DNA of 44,288 nt from contig JBBQFD010000003.1 of NCBI GenBank assembly GCA_038321575.1, forward strand, positions 1-44,288, written 5' to 3'. The notes beneath the pieces are model-generated. The model searched no databases. It saw only the letters and a list, made by a program, of their open reading frames with translations, and was not told where the DNA came from. Within the stretch, counting starts at the first letter, position 1, and each line of letters starts with the position of its first letter. This DNA is from Bacilli bacterium (lineage in GTDB: Bacteria > Bacillota_I > Bacilli_A > RF39 > UBA660). Shown piece after piece: positions 38,040 through 44,288 of the stretch. The position numbers were made by a program, and so were the translations under genes.

Positions 38040-38139
38040 GTATTTAAAATTAGAAAAATCAAGATATATATTTATTAAGCACCAAAAAACTAGTTGGAAG
38101 AAACTAATTAAGATTTATGAACAAAATCTTGATAAATAA
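38023..38139 (+). CDS. Possible 38-aa basic small protein
   Basis: MIKTVEYLKLEKSRYIFIKHQKTSWKKLIKIYEQNLDK; AAGGT upstream; overlaps the previous stop. Confidence 0.3.
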   Translation: MIKTVEYLKLEKSRYIFIKHQKTSWKKLIKIYEQNLDK

Positions 38140-38157
38140 TTATTTATCAAGTATAAT
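38129..38157 (+). promoter_or_regulatory. serS leader promoter overlapped by a perfect 24-bp palindrome
   Basis: TTGATA-17-TATAAT; palindrome CTTGATAAATAATTATTTATCAAG at 38128-38151. Confidence 0.75.
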
Positions 38158-38169
38158 ATAATATATAAT

Positions 38170-38360
38170 AAAAATGTAGATGGAAAATAGTAATAAGTTT
38201 AATTATTTATAGAAAGTTAGTGGTTAATGGAAACTAATAATAATAACTTATGAATCTAATCCAGAATGAAGTGGGAACACCTCCGGTAATGCCGTTATGC
38301 TAATTAAGACTATTTAGGATGGTACCGCAGGAATGCTCCTATATTGATAGTCTTTTTTTT
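38170..38360 (+). ncRNA. T-box leader (Ser) upstream of serS
   Basis: Stem I arms TGGA...ATAAGTT / AACTTAT...TCCA; AGTA/GAA specifier loop with TCT (Ser) at 38255-57; AG-box AGAAAG; CCGTTA at 38292; antiterminator AGGA-TGGTACC-GCA(GGAA)TGC-TCCT. Confidence 0.9.
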
Positions 38361-38379
38361 ATTAAAAGGAGAGAATAAT

Positions 38380-39666
38380 ATGATAGATATTAATTTAGTA
38401 AGAGATAATCCCGAACTAGTAAGGAATAATATTAAAAAGAAATTTCAAGATCATAAATTACCCCTTATTGATGAGGTTTTAGCCTTAGATTTAAAGAATA
38501 GAGATTTAAAACTTAAAGGGGATAATTTAAGAGCTTTAAAAAACACTAAATCAGCCCAAATAGGGCTTCTTATGCGTGAGGGTAAACAAGTAGAAGCAGA
38601 TAGTATCAAAGAGGCTGTAAATGGCTATAATAATGAATTATTAGCAGTTGAAAAAGAAGAAGAAGAACTACAACTACAAATAAAAAAAATAATGATGAGT
38701 ATTCCTAATATCATAGCTGACTCTGTACCACTTGGTAAAAGTGATTTAGATAATGTTGAAGTAGCAGTCTATGGTGATAAGACTAAATATGATTATGAAG
38801 TCCCATATCACTTAGATATCTTAGAAAAATTAAATGGTATCGACTTAGATAGTGCAAGACGAGTATCGGGTAATGGGTTTTATTACTTAATGGGTGATAT
38901 TGCGAGACTTCATTCAGCTGTATTAACCTACGCTAGAGACTTTATGATTGACAAAGGATTTACATACGTTATACCACCATTCATGATTAGGGGGGACGTA
39001 GTAACTGGGGTTATGAGCTTTGAAGAAATGGATAATATGATGTATAAGATTGAAGGGGAAGACCTTTATTTAATTGGTACTTCTGAACATTCTATGATTG
39101 GTAAATTTAAAGACCAAATCTTAGATCAATCAGAACTTCCTTATACCATGACATCATACTCACCATGCTTCCGTAAAGAAAAAGGAGCTCATGGAATTGA
39201 AGAACGTGGTATCTACCGCATTCATCAATTTGAAAAACAAGAAATGATTGTTGTTTGTGATCCCAAAGACTCCGAAGCTTGGTTTGAAAAAATGTATAAT
39301 TACACCATTGAGTTATTTAGATCAATGGACGTTCCAGTAAGAGCCTTAGAGTGTTGCTCTGGCGATCTAGCTGATTTAAAATATAAATCAATTGATGTTG
39401 AAGCATGGAGTCCAAGACAACAAAAATACTTTGAAGTAGGTTCTTGCTCCAACTTAACTGATGCTCAAGCTAGAAGACTAGGTATTAGAGTAAAAAGTGG
39501 TAATGATAAATACTTCGCCCACACTCTAAACAATACCGTTGTCGCACCACCTAGAATGCTTATAGCCATCTTAGAGAATCATCTAAACCAAGATGGCTCT
39601 ATTAACATCCCCAAGATCTTACAACCATATATGGGTAATAAGACTAAGATAGATATAAAGAAATAG
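38380..39666 (+). CDS. serS: Serine--tRNA ligase
   Basis: N-terminal coiled coil; LIGTSEH, CFRKEKG..G..R.HQFEK, EVGSCSN and HTLNNT motifs. Start at ATG 38380 after AGGAG. Confidence 0.98.
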   Translation: MIDINLVRDNPELVRNNIKKKFQDHKLPLIDEVLALDLKNRDLKLKGDNLRALKNTKSAQIGLLMREGKQVEADSIKEAVNGYNNELLAVEKEEEELQLQIKKIMMSIPNIIADSVPLGKSDLDNVEVAVYGDKTKYDYEVPYHLDILEKLNGIDLDSARRVSGNGFYYLMGDIARLHSAVLTYARDFMIDKGFTYVIPPFMIRGDVVTGVMSFEEMDNMMYKIEGEDLYLIGTSEHSMIGKFKDQILDQSELPYTMTSYSPCFRKEKGAHGIEERGIYRIHQFEKQEMIVVCDPKDSEAWFEKMYNYTIELFRSMDVPVRALECCSGDLADLKYKSIDVEAWSPRQQKYFEVGSCSNLTDAQARRLGIRVKSGNDKYFAHTLNNTVVAPPRMLIAILENHLNQDGSINIPKILQPYMGNKTKIDIKK

Positions 39667-39741
39667 TAGGGATACTGTCTCTTTTTTTGTTTAAGTTATT
39701 TTAATTTGTAAACAATTAATTTATGATAGGAGTGTTTTATA

Positions 39742-40239
39742 TTGAAACAAAAGTATAGGTTGGCCTTTATTTTTATTGTTATTTCATTTACTTTATTTAC
39801 CAATAATGTAAATGCACAAAGGGGATGTTGTTCGTGGCATGGCGGAGTAGCGGGCTGTTCAAGTAACGGACGACAAATTTGTAATGATGGTACCTTGAGT
39901 CCAAGTTGTATATGTACCCCAATAAATTCATATATTTATGGTTGCACTAGTTCAAGCGCTATAAATTATAATTCAAAAGCCAACAAGGATAACGGAACTT
40001 GCAGATATTATATTTACGGTTGTACTGATAAAAACGCTACGAATTATAATTCAAATGCTAATACTAATGATGATTCCTGTAAATATTTAAACAACGAAGT
40101 TGTAAATTCTGGAAATGATGATGCAATAGACAACGAACCTTCTAATAATGCAGTTTGGATAGAATTAGCATTATTTGTAGGATTTATAATTAGCACCAAA
40201 TACATGTTTAAAAATACCAGAGGAGAGAAAAAGCCCTAA
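39742..40239 (+). CDS. Cys-rich surface protein (signal peptide, GCCSWHGGV domain, two GCT..A.NY...AN..D..C repeats, C-terminal TM)
   Basis: Motifs read directly from the translation; TTG start after AGGAG. Confidence 0.75.
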   Translation: MKQKYRLAFIFIVISFTLFTNNVNAQRGCCSWHGGVAGCSSNGRQICNDGTLSPSCICTPINSYIYGCTSSSAINYNSKANKDNGTCRYYIYGCTDKNATNYNSNANTNDDSCKYLNNEVVNSGNDDAIDNEPSNNAVWIELALFVGFIISTKYMFKNTRGEKKP

Positions 40240-40408
40240 AATTAACAATGTATTTTTCGCGTGGTAAAGAGAAATAATAGTAAGGCTATCATCCGAAGAT
40301 AACGCATTGCTGTAAATATTTTGTTTGATTTTTCAATTGATATGATAATCTTTATATTTATTTTACAAATTCAAAAGAAGTAATGTTATAATATTTTTAG
40401 GTGATAAA

Positions 40409-40729
40409 ATGGAAAAAGCAAAAAGGGAAATTATAAAATTTGCTAAAGATAGGGATTGGGATCAATTCCATACTCCAGAAAACCTAGCAAAATCGATTTC
40501 AATTGAGGCAGGAGAACTTTTAGAATGCTTTCAATGGAATAGTAAATTTGATAAAGAAGAAGTTGCCGATGAGCTTGCTGATGTAGTCAATTATTGTATT
40601 TTGCTTGGTAATAAGCTAAATATTGATTTAGAAGAAATTGTGTTATCTAAAATTAAGAAAAATGAGTTAAAATATCCTATTGATAAATCAAAAGGTAAGA
40701 GTAATAAATATGACAAGTTAGGAGATTAA
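40409..40729 (+). CDS. MazG-like nucleotide pyrophosphohydrolase
   Basis: FAKDRDWDQFHTPENLAKSISIEAGELLECFQW, ELADV and KYP motifs. Confidence 0.93.
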   Translation: MEKAKREIIKFAKDRDWDQFHTPENLAKSISIEAGELLECFQWNSKFDKEEVADELADVVNYCILLGNKLNIDLEEIVLSKIKKNELKYPIDKSKGKSNKYDKLGD

Positions 40730-40730
40730 C

Positions 40731-42605
40731 ATGTTAGTATATGAAGGTATTAAAAGTAGTTTTTTATCTGATGTAATTGAAGATACAATTGTCGAAAGAA
40801 TCCTTGAAAAGTATGTTCCGATTTTTGGCAATAGTAACATATCACAAACAAGAGCATTTAAGAATTCTATGGAATATATGTATAAAGTACTTTCTGACGA
40901 TGAAATACCTGATAATTCTGGGATCGCAATCGAATTCAATATACCATCTACTTCAAAAAGAGTAGATTTTATTGTGTCTGGATTTGATCAATCTAAAAAT
41001 AGCTCAGTAATTATTATTGAATTGAAGCAATGGGACGAATGTTCTAAAGTAGATGGTAAGGACGGACTTGTTAAAACATATGTGGGTGGTAATTTCAGGG
41101 AAGTAACACATCCATCTTATCAAGCATGGTCATATGCAAGTCTAATTCAAGATTTTAATCAATCAGTACAAGAAGAAAGTATAGGATTATATCCATGTGC
41201 GTATCTTCATAACTATAAAATAACTGAAAATGATCCAATAATTGATAATATTTATCAAGAATATATAGAAGCCGCTCCTGTATTTGGTATGGGTGATGTT
41301 TTAAAACTAAGAGAATTTATTAAAAAATACGTTAAGTACGGTGATAATAAAGAACTTTTATACAAAATTGAAAATGGTAAGATTAGACCATCAAAAAGAT
41401 TACAAGATGCCTTATCGAGTATGTTAAAAGGGAATCAAGAATTTTTGATGATTGATGAACAGAAAGTTATATATGAAACCGCTATTGAATTATCATTGAA
41501 ATCATACGAAGATAACAAAAAAAGAGTATTGGTTATTAATGGCGGACCAGGGACTGGCAAGTCAGTATTGGCTATTAACTTATTAGTATATTTAACAAAT
41601 AAAAATATGGTAGTCAATTATGTTACTAAAAATGCTGCGCCGAGAAATGTTTTTTACGATAAATTAAAAGGAAATTTTAGTGCTAGTTATATTAAAAATT
41701 TATTTAAAGGGTCAGGAGTTTACACAGATGCAAAAACAAACACTTTTGATACTTTAGTGGTTGATGAAGCACATCGTTTAAATGCTAAATCTGGTATGTT
41801 TAAAAATCTAGGCGAAAACCAAGTCAAAGAAATAATAAATGCTGCCAAATGTTCAATATTCTTTTTAGATGAAAATCAAAAGGTGACCATGTCTGATATT
41901 GGTAGCGCAGATGTTATTAAAGCATATGCAAAACAAGCGAATGCTGAATTACACTTTGTTGAACTTGAATCACAATTTAGATGTAACGGATCAGATGGTT
42001 ATTTATCATGGTTAGACAATATACTAGAAATAAAAGAAACGGCCAATTATACTTTTGATTTTGATTACGATTTTAAAACCGTTGATTCTCCAGAAAAATT
42101 AAAAAATATGATTTTTGAAAAAAATAAAATTAATAATAAATCTAGATTAGTGGCTGGATATTGTTGGAATTGGATATCTGCGGGCAAAAATAACTCTGAA
42201 ATTCACGATATTGTTATACCTGAATACTCTTTTGAAATGAGTTGGAATTTAGGTAATAGTAGCACATGGGCTATTGATGAAAACTCGGTAAATGAAGTTG
42301 GATGTATCCATACTTGTCAAGGATTAGAATTTGATTATGTCGGAGTAATTATAGGTGAAGACATTAGATATGAGAATGGTCATATAATTACTGATTTTAC
42401 AAAGAGAGCAAAAACAGATAAATCTTTGTTTGGAATAGTTGCAAAATCTAGACAAAACAAAAATGAAGCTGATAAGCAGGCCGATCAAATAATAAAGAAC
42501 ACATACAGAACTTTAATGACTAGAGGAATGAAGGGGTGTTATATATATTGTGTTGATAAGAAGTTACAGGAATATTTTATTAGATCGTTGATAAAACAAA
42601 AATAA
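40731..42605 (+). CDS. DUF2075 (Schlafen group 3-like) helicase with N-terminal PD-(D/E)xK-type nuclease
   Basis: EF..P....RVD...IIELKQW nuclease pattern; Walker A GGPGTGKS; VVDEAH; HTCQGLEFDYVGV; YRTLMTRG. Confidence 0.9.
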   Translation: MLVYEGIKSSFLSDVIEDTIVERILEKYVPIFGNSNISQTRAFKNSMEYMYKVLSDDEIPDNSGIAIEFNIPSTSKRVDFIVSGFDQSKNSSVIIIELKQWDECSKVDGKDGLVKTYVGGNFREVTHPSYQAWSYASLIQDFNQSVQEESIGLYPCAYLHNYKITENDPIIDNIYQEYIEAAPVFGMGDVLKLREFIKKYVKYGDNKELLYKIENGKIRPSKRLQDALSSMLKGNQEFLMIDEQKVIYETAIELSLKSYEDNKKRVLVINGGPGTGKSVLAINLLVYLTNKNMVVNYVTKNAAPRNVFYDKLKGNFSASYIKNLFKGSGVYTDAKTNTFDTLVVDEAHRLNAKSGMFKNLGENQVKEIINAAKCSIFFLDENQKVTMSDIGSADVIKAYAKQANAELHFVELESQFRCNGSDGYLSWLDNILEIKETANYTFDFDYDFKTVDSPEKLKNMIFEKNKINNKSRLVAGYCWNWISAGKNNSEIHDIVIPEYSFEMSWNLGNSSTWAIDENSVNEVGCIHTCQGLEFDYVGVIIGEDIRYENGHIITDFTKRAKTDKSLFGIVAKSRQNKNEADKQADQIIKNTYRTLMTRGMKGCYIYCVDKKLQEYFIRSLIKQK

Positions 42606-42715
42606 AATCTATAAATTACAAAATAATATGAGTAATTATGTTAATTATTATTGCAATATCAATTGAAATTAATAATAAAATTTTTACAAATTAAAATATT
42701 TAAGGAGGTAAAGTT

Positions 42716-43036
42716 ATGGCTAGATATAGAAGATATTATAGAAAAGATCTTTCCGGTTTAATATTGTTGGTACTTATAGGGTTAATGTCGTGGTTTGCTA
42801 GTACTTTTAATCAACATCCTGTGCTAACAACAATTGTAATTGTTTCTATAGTTTCAATAACAGGGTATATAATTTATTTTTTCAAAAAAAAGAAAACTAT
42901 TAAAAACGAATTTAACAAAGGTAATGTTGGTATTTGCCCATTATGTGGTAGTCAATTAGTAGCAAAACAAGGTAAATATGGCCCATTTATTGGTTGCTCT
43001 AATTTCCCACAATGTCGATATATTCAAAATAAGTAA
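42716..43036 (+). CDS. Two-TM protein with a C-terminal topoisomerase-type C4 zinc finger
   Basis: [29 protein letters not shown]. Confidence 0.85.
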   Translation: MARYRRYYRKDLSGLILLVLIGLMSWFASTFNQHPVLTTIVIVSIVSITGYIIYFFKKKKTIKNEFNKGNVGICPLCGSQLVAKQGKYGPFIGCSNFPQCRYIQNK

Positions 43037-43049
43037 TAAAAGCAGTATT

Positions 43050-43078
43050 AAAAGATAGTTTAAAATCTATCTTTTTTT
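43050..43078 (+). terminator. Intrinsic terminator
   Basis: AAAAGATAG-loop-CTATCTTTT plus T tract. Confidence 0.75.
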
Positions 43079-43119
43079 CTTATTGTGATGGTATAATATT
43101 AATAGAATAAGAGGTTTTT

Positions 43120-44288
43120 ATGAGCGTAAACAATCGTAATGAATTAATTATTATAAAGGATGAAGATAAAACAAATGATGTTAGTTCAATTGTTTTTACC
43201 AGCGCCCAAAAGTATAGAGTAGTTTTCAACGGATCTGATCGTGCTTTTTTTTATGCTAAGAACAGTATAAAATTATTTAATAACCCAATATGCTTATCTT
43301 CAAGTGATGTGATTATAAAATATATTGATAAAGAGATTGATAACATTGATTCTATTTTAATTTTTAACAATCAATATGTAAAAATTATTTTTGTAAATAA
43401 TCTTAGTAGTTTATATTTGAAAAGAGATCTTATTATTGAAAAAAATTCATCTAAAGAAGAAAGTATTAACTGTTTTCAATACTTAAAACAATTAGCTAAA
43501 GTCGTTAGTATGGTAACTGATGATGGCAAAGTATTATTAAGTGATCAATATGAGAGAATGTCGGAGATTAACCATAAAAGTATTTTAGCAAAATACATTA
43601 CTCGTGAACGAATTAAAAAAAATAAGCTTTCTAATAATCTTATATATCCATTTGGATATAATTTAAGTCAAGGCGAAGCGGTAGAGAATGCTTTTAGTAA
43701 TGATGTTAGCATTATTGAAGGACCACCGGGAACCGGGAAAACTCAAACTATCTTAAATATTATTGCTAATGCGGTTATGCAAAACAAAACAGTAGCTGTT
43801 GTGTCTAATAATAATTCAGCAACAGCTAATGTAATTGAAAAACTAGAAAAAAGCTCTTTAGACTTTTTTGCTGCTTTTTTAGGTAGTAGAGATAACAAAG
43901 AAAAATTTATTGAACTACAGGATGAAGAATATCCTGATTTTAGTAATTGGCAAATGAATAGAGATCAGATGAATAAACTATCTGATTATTTGACTGAACA
44001 AAAAGAAGCAATTGCAAAGATGAATATAATAAGAAATAATGAAGCTAAAGCTATTCAAGAATTAAGTGATATTGAAAATGAAAATCATCATTATCATATA
44101 TACTTTAATGATCGCTCTAATAATATATTAGATATAAAAGCATTTGGTAATTTTAATGCTTCCAAAATAGAAGCATTCATTATAAAAATAGAAGAAATTC
44201 AAAGTAATAAAAAAAATATATCAATAATTGATAAAATTAAATTTTTATTTATCTACGGAATATATAATTTTAAATTATATAATAATCC
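43120..44288 (+). CDS. Superfamily 1 (Upf1/DNA2-like, AAA_11) helicase, truncated by the window edge and absent from the ORF track
   Basis: ATG 43120 after GAGGT. The frame reads PFGYNLSQGEAVENAF...IIEGPPGTGKTQTILNIIAN...VVSNNNSA, with Walker A at 43720-43743. Confidence 0.88.
   Translation, partial: MSVNNRNELIIIKDEDKTNDVSSIVFTSAQKYRVVFNGSDRAFFYAKNSIKLFNNPICLSSSDVIIKYIDKEIDNIDSILIFNNQYVKIIFVNNLSSLYLKRDLIIEKNSSKEESINCFQYLKQLAKVVSMVTDDGKVLLSDQYERMSEINHKSILAKYITRERIKKNKLSNNLIYPFGYNLSQGEAVENAFSNDVSIIEGPPGTGKTQTILNIIANAVMQNKTVAVVSNNNSATANVIEKLEKSSLDFFAAFLGSRDNKEKFIELQDEEYPDFSNWQMNRDQMNKLSDYLTEQKEAIAKMNIIRNNEAKAIQELSDIENENHHYHIYFNDRSNNILDIKAFGNFNASKIEAFIIKIEEIQSNKKNISIIDKIKFLFIYGIYNFKLYNN

Noticed and set aside
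34290-38139. Prophage remnant as the explanation for the ORFan cluster
   Set aside because: No recognisable phage structural, replication or integrase gene, and the genes carry individual host-type promoters. It cannot be fully excluded without a search.
38128-38151. dif site
   Set aside because: It does not match the XerC/XerD arm consensus with a 6-bp spacer, and gene orientation does not switch here.
1314-41617. Short antisense or alternate-frame ORFs in the track (e.g. 1314-1502, 3416-3625, 5821-6069, 13150-13344, 31944-32183, 40777-40965)
   Set aside because: They largely or fully overlap better-supported genes, lack SDs or motifs, and are typical shadow ORFs.
1-44288. Genetic code 4 (UGA=Trp), suggested by the Mollicute-like AT content
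   Set aside because: RF2 is present, long genes translate uninterrupted in code 11, and conserved Trp codons are TGG.

Overview
Very AT-rich, gene-dense chromosomal segment of a Bacillota (Bacilli) bacterium using genetic code 11. Gene content and style resemble uncultured, reduced-genome Bacilli such as RF39; this is an inference and was not tested. Almost all genes are on the + strand. The housekeeping backbone comprises prfB (programmed +1 frameshift), yitT-like, ftsEX, spoVG, divIC, ponA-recU, ysxC, der, hup, cca, dnaD, lemA, pduL, argS-rpoE, prfA-prmC, polC, polA, two CDF transporters and T-box-controlled serS. Accessory material falls into four groups: (i) a stand-alone amidoligase; (ii) a 951-aa type IV prepilin fused to BspA-type leucine-rich repeats; (iii) a set of ORFan genes (28.4-29.0, 32.0-32.5 and 34.2-38.1 kb); (iv) after serS, a probable defence island (MazG-like + DUF2075 nuclease-helicase, a Zn-finger membrane protein, and an SF1 helicase cut by the window edge). 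The best candidate for an undescribed system is the ORFan set. Four ORFan promoters and the amidoligase promoter have a 16-bp -35/-10 spacer, versus 17 bp in the housekeeping promoters checked. Two ORFan promoters sit in a duplicated palindromic terminator-promoter cassette that flanks a single gene. Three ORFans form a tandem C-x-H...C-x2-C-G zinc-finger family, and several end in a basic K-x-hydrophobic tail that could be an export signal. No rRNA, tRNA, CRISPR array, integrase or transposase was recognised.
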